From Vulcanimicrobiota bacterium (lineage in GTDB: Bacteria > Vulcanimicrobiota > Xenobia > Xenobiales > JADMJV01): a stretch of 64,000 nt of DNA. The notes beneath the pieces were generated by a model that saw only the letters and a program-made list of their open reading frames with translations, was not told the origin of the DNA and made no database searches. The stretch spans positions 384,001 to 448,000 of the forward strand of contig JBFWNU010000001.1 in assembly GCA_050250895.1 (NCBI GenBank), written 5' to 3'. Below are positions 1 through 8,346 of this stretch, in pieces. Position 1 is the first letter of the stretch; each line of letters opens with the position of its first letter. A program made the translations under genes and the position numbers.

Positions 1-1
1 T

Positions 2-67
2 CTGGCCGGCGTGTTGATCCTCGGCCTTATTGGAGTCGGCCTGGCGGCCGGCAAGAAGAGCGCCTAA
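2..67 (+). CDS. 3' end of a gene entering the window (hydrophobic C-terminus LAGVLILGLIGVGLAAGKKSA*)
   Basis: Open frame from position 2 to TAA at 65-67; TM-like segment followed by a basic tail. Confidence 0.5.
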   Translation: MAGVLILGLIGVGLAAGKKSA

Positions 68-98
68 TCGTCAACACTGACTTCCTGGGCGGCAGCGC

Positions 99-884
99 TT
101 AAGCGCTGCCGTCTTTGTTTTGTCGGGAATAGACCTGGGTGAACTCGGCGCCCAGAAAGAGAATCTGGGCTGAATAATAGACCCAGACCAGCAGCAGAAT
201 GAGCGAACCTCCAAACTGCTGCTCTGAGCTGCCGAGATAGAGGCCCATCAAGGCCTTTCCCAGGGTGAAAAGACAACCCGTCAGGCAAGCCCCCACGCCC
301 ACATCCCTCCAGGCGACCCTGGTGTCGGGCAGCACTTTGAAAATCAGCGCAAAGAGCACGACGGTCATCACCAGCGTCAGCAACTCGTTGAGAAGCGGCA
401 AGAGGAAGCTGGCCATGTTGCCCTTCCAGGCGCTCAGGACGGCGCTGGCCAACAACGACACCGTGAGCAGCAAGCCTCCTCCGAAGACCATCAGGACAGA
501 AAGTAGCCGCTGGCCCAGTTTGTCCTTCCAGGTCGAGTCGGGGTCTTCGCTGACGTTCCAGATGATGTTGAGGGCCTTCTGAAGGTGGGCAAACAGGCCT
601 GAGGCCGAGAAGACCAGGATCACCCCGCCCAACAGCGTCTGGCCGCCCCCGTTAGCCATGGTCTGCTGCAAGAGGTCGGCCGCGCCCGGCCCCAGCGAAC
701 TTCGCACCTGTTGCATCAGACCCGAGGCGGCCGTGTCCTGGTCGACGAACACGCTCACCAGCCCCAACAGCACTGTGAACAATGGACCCAGAGCAAAGAT
801 AGCGTAGTAGGCCAGGGCCGCAGCCAGAGTGGCCGCGTCGTCCTTCTGCCATTGCTGAAAAGTGTCTTTGAATAGCTGAACCAT
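99..884 (-). CDS. YihY/virulence factor BrkB family membrane protein
   Basis: AAALAYYAIFALGP, LQKALNIIW, IFKVLPD, LLVWVYYSAQILFLGAEF motifs; about 6 TM segments. Confidence 0.9.
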   Translation of the reverse strand: MVQLFKDTFQQWQKDDAATLAAALAYYAIFALGPLFTVLLGLVSVFVDQDTAASGLMQQVRSSLGPGAADLLQQTMANGGGQTLLGGVILVFSASGLFAHLQKALNIIWNVSEDPDSTWKDKLGQRLLSVLMVFGGGLLLTVSLLASAVLSAWKGNMASFLLPLLNELLTLVMTVVLFALIFKVLPDTRVAWRDVGVGACLTGCLFTLGKALMGLYLGSSEQQFGGSLILLLVWVYYSAQILFLGAEFTQVYSRQNKDGSA

Positions 885-976
885 AGGTCCCAGGATAGCC
901 CGCGCGCATCGCCTGGGACAAGCGACTAGGACAAATATACCTATCTCTCTTACAGCTTAGCTGTTAAACTGACGAT

Positions 977-1879
977 ATGAGCATGGGGTTGGAAACTCGC
1001 CGCCTTTCGCTCGAACAGGGGCGGGCTGCGGAAGTCTTGACCGGAATTGTCTTCGAGCCGTGCGAGAGCTGGGAGCAGATGCAGTGCATCACCCTCGAGC
1101 CAGAGGTCGATGGAGCCGGCATCGCCGTCGATGGCGTCTTTTATCGCGCTCGACTAGAGGAGCGCTGGAGGGCCCGGGTTGCCTACGAAAAGGCGCTCGA
1201 ATGCGGCCATCCCTCGGTTCTCGTCGAGCGCGGTCGCGAGAGCCTGCTATGCCTGCGGGTGGGCGGCCTGGCGCCCGACCAGCGGCTGGAGTGGCGACTG
1301 TCTCTGGCTGACGGCGAAAGCCTTGAGTGCGCCCCGGCCGTGGGGCCCAGCCAGCCGACCCTGAGCCGCGACCTCGCCTTCGTGGCCGCAGCCAGCGAGG
1401 AGTATCGTCCACCCGAGTTGGGCGAATGTCTGGGCATTCTCCAGGGACGGGGCTCGCTGGTCTCGCATGTTCTGGCTGAACTGCTAGGCGAAGTCGGCTA
1501 TCGCCTGCCCGGGGCCGCCCTCCAGGCCGCCGTGGACTGGTTGGAGCACAGTCCCCTGCCGCGCACCGCTCCGCTGGCGGCCGGCCCGCCTCACTATCTG
1601 CGACCGGAGCAACAACTGGGTATGGTCTGCCGCCAGGTCGGACCGGCCACCGAGGCCATGCTGGTGGCGCTGCTGGAACTACTCGAGCAGTGTTGTGAGC
1701 GGGCCCGGCTGCTGCGGGGGGCGGCCCGCTTGAAATACGAGGGTGAAGGCTTGTTGCGCAAACTGGCCGGCCAGCGGCTTAGCCTGGGAGAGTTTCAGTC
1801 GTGGCTGGCCCGCCTTGACGCCTTTAGCCAGGCCACCAGCCTGTCGACTCCCTCGGCCGTCGAAACGGTGGGCCGATAG
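977..1879 (+). CDS. Hypothetical protein with degenerate VIT-like N-terminal domain
   Basis: RARLEERWRARVAYEKALECGHPSVLVERGRESLLCLRVGGLAPDQRLEWRLS resembles the VIT core; no vWA MIDAS motif seen. Confidence 0.55.
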   Translation: MSMGLETRRLSLEQGRAAEVLTGIVFEPCESWEQMQCITLEPEVDGAGIAVDGVFYRARLEERWRARVAYEKALECGHPSVLVERGRESLLCLRVGGLAPDQRLEWRLSLADGESLECAPAVGPSQPTLSRDLAFVAAASEEYRPPELGECLGILQGRGSLVSHVLAELLGEVGYRLPGAALQAAVDWLEHSPLPRTAPLAAGPPHYLRPEQQLGMVCRQVGPATEAMLVALLELLEQCCERARLLRGAARLKYEGEGLLRKLAGQRLSLGEFQSWLARLDAFSQATSLSTPSAVETVGR

Positions 1880-2796
1880 CCCAGTAGCTCGCGGGCGGCG
1901 CTGATGTCGTAGTAATGCGATGTGCCCAACTGAGCGGCCAAAAATCGGGTCATGCGGGGCTCACCGGGCAATCGAAAGAAGAGATAGATCTTTTCCAGCA
2001 AAGCTCCCAGGAGGCGAGCCACCGGCAGCGATAGGCTTCGATGCACCGGAGGCTGGTCGAGGCGGGTCAGCAGCTGGTTGACCCAGGCCCACAGGTTGAC
2101 CGGCTCGCCCTGGCTGATGAAAAACGCCCGTCCGTGGGCCTGGTCGAGGCGCTCGGCCGCCAGCAGATGGGCCTGAGCGGCGTTATCGACGTAGGTGATG
2201 TCGACCAGATTCTCGCCGGAACCGACCCGCACCAGGCGGCCGCGTCCGGCCGCCTCGAGTAGCCGGGGGATGATGTGGCTGTCGCGCGGCCCCCAAATGA
2301 TGTGAGGCCGCAGCGCCACCGTCTGCAGACCGTCTTTGCCGTCGGCCGCCAGCACCATCTTCTCGGCTTCGGCCTTGGTGGCCGAATAGGCGTTGAGAAA
2401 CTTCTTAGGATAGGGATAGCTCTCGTCGATGCCGGCGGTGGGCTTGCCCGAAAACGTCACCGAAGGCGACGATGTATAGATGAGGCGCTTGACCCCATGG
2501 CGGCGGCAGCCGTGCAAGATGTTGCGGGTGCCCAGGACGTTGGCTTCGTGATACTCACTGTAAGGACCCCAGATACCGGCTTTGGCGGCCACATGAAAAA
2601 CCGTGTCGAATCCTGCGCAGGCAGCCAGGACGCTCTCGCGGTCGCGCAGGTCGGCTTTGACGACAAAGGCGCCCAGCGCCTCGAGTTCGGGTACCTCGCG
2701 ACGCACCAGCACACCCACTTCGTGGCCCGCGGCCAGCAACTGTTCGGTGATGACCCGACCCAGAAAGCCGGCCGCTCCCGTAACCAATGCTCTCAA
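1795..2796 (-). CDS. oleD: OleD-like NAD(P)-dependent 2-alkyl-3-oxoalkanoate reductase (3-beta-HSD/extended SDR)
   Basis: VTGAAGFLG, HVAAKAGIWG, YTSSPSV, YSATK (YxxxK), LRPHIIWGPRD; TTG start at 2796 overlaps oleC stop (TTGA) with GGAGG upstream; the longer ORF-track start is spurious. Confidence 0.88.
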   Translation of the reverse strand: MRALVTGAAGFLGRVITEQLLAAGHEVGVLVRREVPELEALGAFVVKADLRDRESVLAACAGFDTVFHVAAKAGIWGPYSEYHEANVLGTRNILHGCRRHGVKRLIYTSSPSVTFSGKPTAGIDESYPYPKKFLNAYSATKAEAEKMVLAADGKDGLQTVALRPHIIWGPRDSHIIPRLLEAAGRGRLVRVGSGENLVDITYVDNAAQAHLLAAERLDQAHGRAFFISQGEPVNLWAWVNQLLTRLDQPPVHRSLSLPVARLLGALLEKIYLFFRLPGEPRMTRFLAAQLGTSHYYDISAARELLGYRPTVSTAEGVDRLVAWLKASRRASHD

Positions 2797-4370
2797 CTGC
2801 GCCTCCCGCCCGCCCAGGCGGACAACTCTTCGCGATGGATCTTGGCATTGTGACGCGGGTCGACGGGAAACCGGGGGTGAAAGGTCACTTCTTTCACCTG
2901 CCCATAGAGCGGATGCCGGGCCAACAGGCCTCGGCATTCGTGCGCCAACAACGTGTCGCTGGACCGGCTGCCGGGTCGACGCTCGACCACCAGGGTGGGG
3001 CCCGACTTGCCGGCCACCAGGGCCGAGCGGGCCACCTCGGGGTGGCCGTTGACCATGCCCTCGGCGGCCACCGGAAAGAACGTCTGTCCCTGCCACTCGA
3101 CCCGATGGGCCTTGCGCCCGACCAGCCACAGATTGTGTTCGGGGTCGAGATAGCCGAGATCGCCCATGCGGTGCCAAAGGCCATCCTCGCTCTCGATCTT
3201 GGCCAGACGAGTCGCTTCGGGCTGGTCTTGATAGGCCCAGGTCACCACCGGACCCCGCACGCAAACCTCACCCACCTCACCTGGAGGCAGTGCGTCGGGC
3301 AAAGAGTCGAAAGCCTGGTCGCTGATCGGCAGGATGCGAATCTCGATATTGGGGGCAGCCGGACCTACGCAGGTTCCGGCCCCGGCCAACCGCGACGGGG
3401 CGGCAGCCAGAGCCTGGCTGCCCGAAATCGAAGTCACCGGCAGCGCCTCGGTGGCCCCGTAGGGGGTATGCACCTCAGCCCCGGCCGGCAGAATCGCCTT
3501 CCAGGTCCTGAGCAACTCGGTAGCGATGGGAGCCCCGAAGGTCAGCACGCGACGCACGGTGGGCAGTGGCATCTTGCGACTGCGACAGTATTCGCCGACG
3601 CGGCTCCAGATCGCCGGGGAGCCTTGCAGACTGGTCACGCCGTGGGCATGGATGGCCGTCACCATGCGAGCCGGGTCGACCGTGGCCGGACGGCTGGGGT
3701 TGAGCGGCGGGATCACGCAAGTCACGCCCATGGCCGTGGAAAAGAGGGCGAACAAGGGAAAACCCGGCAGGTCGACCTCCCCCGGCTCGAAGTCGTACAT
3801 CCTTTGCAAAGCCTCGACCTGAGCCTGGAAAATTCGATGGCGATAGACCACCGCCTTGGCCGGGCCGGTGCTGCCCGAGGTAAAGAGCAGGGCGGCCGTC
3901 TGGTCGGGATCCGTAGCCAGGGTGGAGAAGCTGGTGGCTCGGGCTCGGCGCGCCACCTCGGGCACGCCGGGAAAGCGACCCAAGACCGCCCTTTTCTTGA
4001 CAGCCTGAAAGGGCTGGCGAAAAAGACGACTGACCAGATGGCCTTTGGGAATCGCCACCAAACCATCGGGGCGGATCGATCCGATGGACCGCAACATGGG
4101 CTTTAGCCCCATGCCGGGATCGATCAGGATGGGCTGGGCGCCGAGCTTGAACAGGGCGAAAGTCAACGAGACGAACTGGGCACTATTGTTGACCAGCATC
4201 AGCACCCGATCGCCCGCTACGAACCCTAGTCTTTGCAGGTCTTCGGCCTGGGTGTTGCACAAGCCCAGCAATTGCTCGAAATTCCAACGCTCGGCACCAT
4301 CGATGAGAGCGGTATGGGCGGGATAGCGAGCAGCCGTGTCGTCGAGAAACTCGGCTACATTGAACGTCAC
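2793..4370 (-). CDS. oleC: OleC-like AMP-dependent ligase / beta-lactone synthetase
   Basis: LIDPGMG, LFTSGSTGPAK, FPLFALF, HTPYGATEALP, WHRMGDLG, FPVDPRHNAKIHRE; GTG start at 4370 overlaps oleB stop (GTGA). Confidence 0.9.
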   Translation of the reverse strand: MTFNVAEFLDDTAARYPAHTALIDGAERWNFEQLLGLCNTQAEDLQRLGFVAGDRVLMLVNNSAQFVSLTFALFKLGAQPILIDPGMGLKPMLRSIGSIRPDGLVAIPKGHLVSRLFRQPFQAVKKRAVLGRFPGVPEVARRARATSFSTLATDPDQTAALLFTSGSTGPAKAVVYRHRIFQAQVEALQRMYDFEPGEVDLPGFPLFALFSTAMGVTCVIPPLNPSRPATVDPARMVTAIHAHGVTSLQGSPAIWSRVGEYCRSRKMPLPTVRRVLTFGAPIATELLRTWKAILPAGAEVHTPYGATEALPVTSISGSQALAAAPSRLAGAGTCVGPAAPNIEIRILPISDQAFDSLPDALPPGEVGEVCVRGPVVTWAYQDQPEATRLAKIESEDGLWHRMGDLGYLDPEHNLWLVGRKAHRVEWQGQTFFPVAAEGMVNGHPEVARSALVAGKSGPTLVVERRPGSRSSDTLLAHECRGLLARHPLYGQVKEVTFHPRFPVDPRHNAKIHREELSAWAGGRRS

Positions 4371-5236
4371 TCGAGAAAGTCCCGCATCCTCGGAATGATG
4401 CGCTCGAAGCACTCCTCCACCACCAGATGTCCGGCTTCGGCGAAACGATGCACCTGGGCGTCGGGGAAGTACTCCTGAAAGCGGGAGATGTAGCGGGGCG
4501 TAAAGACCCAATCTTTCTCGCCCCAGAAAATCTGCACGGGCAGGTCCGCCAGACATGAGAGGTCCTTCTCGAGGGTGAGCAGGGCCGCCCAGCTGGGGTG
4601 AGTCGGATCCATGGGGATATCCTGAACGAAGCGATGGGTGGCGATGCGATTGGCCCAGGAGTCGTAGGGATAAAGATACCCTTTGCGGATGTCGGGGGTG
4701 ATGCGCGAGCGGTCGGCCACCGCCAGCACCGGGCACAAGCCGGCGAAGGCGTTGAGACCGCGAATGAGCAGGGCTCCGAGCCAGGGAATGCGACAAAGGT
4801 GCAGCAGCCACGGCATGTGCTTGGAAGTGAAGGCGGCGGTGTTGGTGATGACCAGCCGCGAAAAGCGGTCGTGGTGACGCACGGCCACTCCCAGACCGAT
4901 AGGTCCGCCCCAGTCGTGGACCACCAGGGTGATTTTGCGAAGATCGAGGGCGAGCACCAGGCGCTCGAGGTTGTCGACGTGCTGACGCATCCGGTAGTCA
5001 TAGCTCTGCGGCTTGTCAGACAGCCCGCACCCGATATGGTCGGGCACGACCACCCGGTGGTTGGGTGAAAAGGCATTGACCAGTTCGCGATAATAGAACG
5101 ACCAGGTGGGATTGCCGTGGACCATCAGGATGGGCTCGCCCTGGCCCTCGTCGACATAGTGATAGCTCAGCCCGTCGAGATCGAGAAAGTGCGGTTCGTA
5201 CGGATAGAGAGACTGGATTTCGGGGGGAAGGGTCAC
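4367..5236 (-). CDS. oleB: OleB-like alpha/beta hydrolase (haloalkane dehalogenase family; beta-lactone decarboxylase)
   Basis: HGNPTWSFYYR, PDHIGCGLSDKP, VHDWGG (Asp nucleophile), AGHLVVE; GTG start at 5236 overlaps the upstream stop. Confidence 0.9.
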   Translation of the reverse strand: MTLPPEIQSLYPYEPHFLDLDGLSYHYVDEGQGEPILMVHGNPTWSFYYRELVNAFSPNHRVVVPDHIGCGLSDKPQSYDYRMRQHVDNLERLVLALDLRKITLVVHDWGGPIGLGVAVRHHDRFSRLVITNTAAFTSKHMPWLLHLCRIPWLGALLIRGLNAFAGLCPVLAVADRSRITPDIRKGYLYPYDSWANRIATHRFVQDIPMDPTHPSWAALLTLEKDLSCLADLPVQIFWGEKDWVFTPRYISRFQEYFPDAQVHRFAEAGHLVVEECFERIIPRMRDFLE

Positions 5237-8200
5237 GATTGTAGTCCTAGCATTACGGCCACGAGAAAGGCGCAAAATAGCAACACCGGCACCGACTTGC
5301 GGATGAAGGTGTCATGAATCCAGTCGTCGAGCTTCTCGGTGAGCGATAGCTCCATGTACGTGGCCCAGACCAGATTGAAGCCCAGGAACCAGGGGAACAG
5401 CCTGATGGGATGCATGTAGCGCAAGTCGGGATGAAAGAAGACCCCCAGCCGGAACTTGGGTATGAGCAAGAAGAGCAGGCAGATGAAGACGATCAACGAC
5501 GGCATCATCATCATTTTCTTGGCTCGCGTCTCTTCCACCGCCTGGGCGCTGGGTGGAAGCTTCTTATAAGCCGTTCCTAACGAGGCCGGCAGGGCCCAGG
5601 CCATCAAGAGATAGAGCCAGGCCAGGAGCTGAACCGGACCCATCGCGTGGGACAACACTTCGGGCGCCGACTCGACCAGGTCCATATTGACCCAGTTGCC
5701 GCCCAGTTCGGTTCTGAGATAGTCGGTCAGGTAATAGCACCCCATGCCCCAGATTCCGGCGAAACAGAAGAAACCGACAAAGAGCGGGCTGATCAAACGG
5801 CTGAAGCCCTTGTCAGAAGAGAGGACCTCCTTGCCGGTTCGGTCGGCCATGTCAAAGACCGAGACCGTGCGCTCTTCGTCGGGAGTGCGCAGCAGAATGT
5901 AGGCCTCGTGGGTTTCGGGCAACGACTCCTGGTCGAGCCAGTAACTCAATTGGACTTTGTTACCGCGAAAGCGGGTGGGCGTGACTTCGAGCGAGTGATG
6001 GGTCGAGGTGGCCGTTCCCGAAAGGGTGCCGCCGCCGGCATTGGTCAGGATGATATAGCCCGACTCGCACTTCTTGCCGCGGCTGTTTTCGCGAATACCC
6101 ACATACTCGACCCGGTGCACCAGGAAAGGCCGCTCGAGAGCTGCTTCTTCGGGACTGAGTTTGCGGCGCACGGGCAACTCTTCGGCCGCTTCTTCGTCAA
6201 GTTCCAGGTCGGGCGGCGGCAGCTCGGGTGCCTCGATATCGGGGATCTCGTCGGCTCCGCGGCGGATATAGAAGACATAGTCGGGCTCGACCAGCTCGAG
6301 ATAGTAATCGCCATACTCGACCACCAGCTCGGTCTTGCCGTCTTCGTCGGGTTCTTCTTCATAGTGGGTGCAATCGCGGAAGAACGGCTCGGACATGGCC
6401 AGCCAGTCGCGCACACTGGGCAGAAAACGCTCGATCTCGCGCTTGGACCGGGCAGGATTGGCCAGGATTCCTTCCCCCGCCTTGAGCGAACAGAATTCGG
6501 CCAGGTTCTGCATCTTGGTGGTGGGGTCGGCGTCCATCTGCAAGATGCGAGCGTGGGCACCGGTAGGACGGTCCGTGTCCGAGAACTCTTCTTGATAGTA
6601 GAAGACGTTACGCACCGCTTGACCGAGTCTCTCGGTAGATTCGCGACCGATGGACCGCAGCGAGAGAATCAACAGCTTCTCGCACTCGCGCACCGACAGC
6701 GACTCTTGAGCCATGCGGGCCGCCTCTTCAGGCAGGGTTCCCAGCTCGCGAAAAGCGGCCGCGGCCAGGCCCGCGAAGTAGCGAGTGAGATAGTCCAGAG
6801 CGTCGCGCAGCGAGATACAGGCTTCGACCGGGTCGCCCACGCGCAGATAGATGTCCATACGGGTCAGGATCTTGCCCAGCACCTTGGGGCAGCCCTCGGG
6901 AATCTCGATGGGTTCGCGAATGAGCGGCTTGGGCGCCGAGTCGCCGGCCTGGGCCATCTCGCCCTCGGGGCGCGGGTTGTTGAGCCAGAGCTGATAGCCG
7001 GGCTCGCCCACTTCGATGAAGCGGTCTCCGATGCGCACCGAAAACTCGACGCTGCCGTCGGGATTGGGGTCTTCGAAGAAATGCTCGGTACTCTGCAGAT
7101 AGGCACCGATCGACAGCAGCCACTCGCGCAGGGTCGGGACGTGCTTCTCGAACTCGATCTTGCAGGTCTCGGGGTCTTCCCACTCGCCATAGCCCGGCTC
7201 GAGCTGACACCAGGCAGAGAGTTGACCGGAGAGAGCCAGGATTTCGGTGTGCCAGCGAGGCACGAACTCGAACAGCTCGTTGCGGCGATAGAAAATACCC
7301 ACTACCGACTTGGCGGCCAGGCTGTCCGGCTGATTCTTGAGGATGTTGAGACAGGTGTTGAGCAGCTTCTCTGAGGCCGACACCGATTGGCTCGCATCGA
7401 GCAAGTCCTGGGCCTGCGCCGGCAGCATGTCGATGTCTTCGCATACCTTCGAAGACACACCGGCGAAATAGCGAATCAGGAACTCGAGGGCGTTGCGCAA
7501 CTCGAGGCAGCCGGCCACCGGGTTCTGCTCTTTCATGGCTTCGTCGAGCCGCTCGAGAATCTCTAACAGGTATTTGGGTGCGCGCTGAGGGACGAAGAAA
7601 TAGACTTCACGCTCGTAGAGGTTGCGCGGAACGTCGATCTCTTTTTCAGGAATGCAAAGCGGGCAACTCGACAGCTCGAGCCGCTGGCCGGCGGTGAGGT
7701 CCTGCTTGCCGATGCGAACCTTGATTGCCTGCTCGCCACCCAGCGAGGTGCGTTCGGACAAGATGCCGGCCACGTTGAAAAAAGGCGCGGCTCCTTCGAG
7801 CCACTCTTGCAAGAAAGGCAGATAACGACGTACCTCTTGCACGCACTTTTTCCGCACGGGCACGTTGGTGGAAGCGATCAGGGCCGACAGCTGGGGGGTG
7901 CCCCGGCGCGGCTTGCCGCCGATGCCCATCAGCTTGGTAAACTTACGGGCGCTCTTGCCATCGTAGAAGACATTGAGCAGCGACTTTACCTCGGGAAGGT
8001 CTTGAGGCGCGTCGGAAGCCAGAAACTCGAGGGCGATCCGCAGGGTGTCTTCAGCATTGACGGGGTCGAGATAGTTCTCTTCGGGAAACTGCAACTCGCC
8101 GAACACCTTGCTCAAACAGGCGGCCAGATCGGCGAAATAACCCATGAGGAAATGAAACGTTCGCTTCAAGACCCGATACGAAGTACTGGGCGCGTCGAGG

Positions 8201-8307
8201 TCGAGCGACTCGGTCAGTTCCTCGAGCAGGTGCTCGAGGTGGGAGGGGCTTCCCTGAGGTAGACTCGGGACGCCCAACTCCTTTGCAGTCAGCGTGTCAG
8301 CTGCCAA
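5233..8307 (-). CDS. 1024-aa hypothetical protein: three tandem ~225-aa repeats, acidic linker, Ig/BACON-like domain, ~5 C-terminal TM helices
   Basis: Long ORF with GAGGAGG RBS before the TTG start; internal triplication visible in the protein; hydrophobic C-terminus. Confidence 0.85.
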   Translation of the reverse strand: MAADTLTAKELGVPSLPQGSPSHLEHLLEELTESLDLDAPSTSYRVLKRTFHFLMGYFADLAACLSKVFGELQFPEENYLDPVNAEDTLRIALEFLASDAPQDLPEVKSLLNVFYDGKSARKFTKLMGIGGKPRRGTPQLSALIASTNVPVRKKCVQEVRRYLPFLQEWLEGAAPFFNVAGILSERTSLGGEQAIKVRIGKQDLTAGQRLELSSCPLCIPEKEIDVPRNLYEREVYFFVPQRAPKYLLEILERLDEAMKEQNPVAGCLELRNALEFLIRYFAGVSSKVCEDIDMLPAQAQDLLDASQSVSASEKLLNTCLNILKNQPDSLAAKSVVGIFYRRNELFEFVPRWHTEILALSGQLSAWCQLEPGYGEWEDPETCKIEFEKHVPTLREWLLSIGAYLQSTEHFFEDPNPDGSVEFSVRIGDRFIEVGEPGYQLWLNNPRPEGEMAQAGDSAPKPLIREPIEIPEGCPKVLGKILTRMDIYLRVGDPVEACISLRDALDYLTRYFAGLAAAAFRELGTLPEEAARMAQESLSVRECEKLLILSLRSIGRESTERLGQAVRNVFYYQEEFSDTDRPTGAHARILQMDADPTTKMQNLAEFCSLKAGEGILANPARSKREIERFLPSVRDWLAMSEPFFRDCTHYEEEPDEDGKTELVVEYGDYYLELVEPDYVFYIRRGADEIPDIEAPELPPPDLELDEEAAEELPVRRKLSPEEAALERPFLVHRVEYVGIRENSRGKKCESGYIILTNAGGGTLSGTATSTHHSLEVTPTRFRGNKVQLSYWLDQESLPETHEAYILLRTPDEERTVSVFDMADRTGKEVLSSDKGFSRLISPLFVGFFCFAGIWGMGCYYLTDYLRTELGGNWVNMDLVESAPEVLSHAMGPVQLLAWLYLLMAWALPASLGTAYKKLPPSAQAVEETRAKKMMMMPSLIVFICLLFLLIPKFRLGVFFHPDLRYMHPIRLFPWFLGFNLVWATYMELSLTEKLDDWIHDTFIRKSVPVLLFCAFLVAVMLGLQS

Positions 8308-8346
8308 CCATCCTCCTCATCGAGACCCTTCCTTCGCCAAGGCGTT

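Noticed and set aside
4367-5236. Haloalkane dehalogenase as the function
   Set aside because: Same family, but coupling to oleC and oleD favours OleB
1795-5275. Extended N-termini of oleD (3264), oleC (4811) and oleB (5275), or an oleBC fusion
   Set aside because: Starts at 2796, 4370 and 5236 coincide with the beginning of homology and give 4-bp overlaps; oleB has its own stop and is in a different frame from oleC
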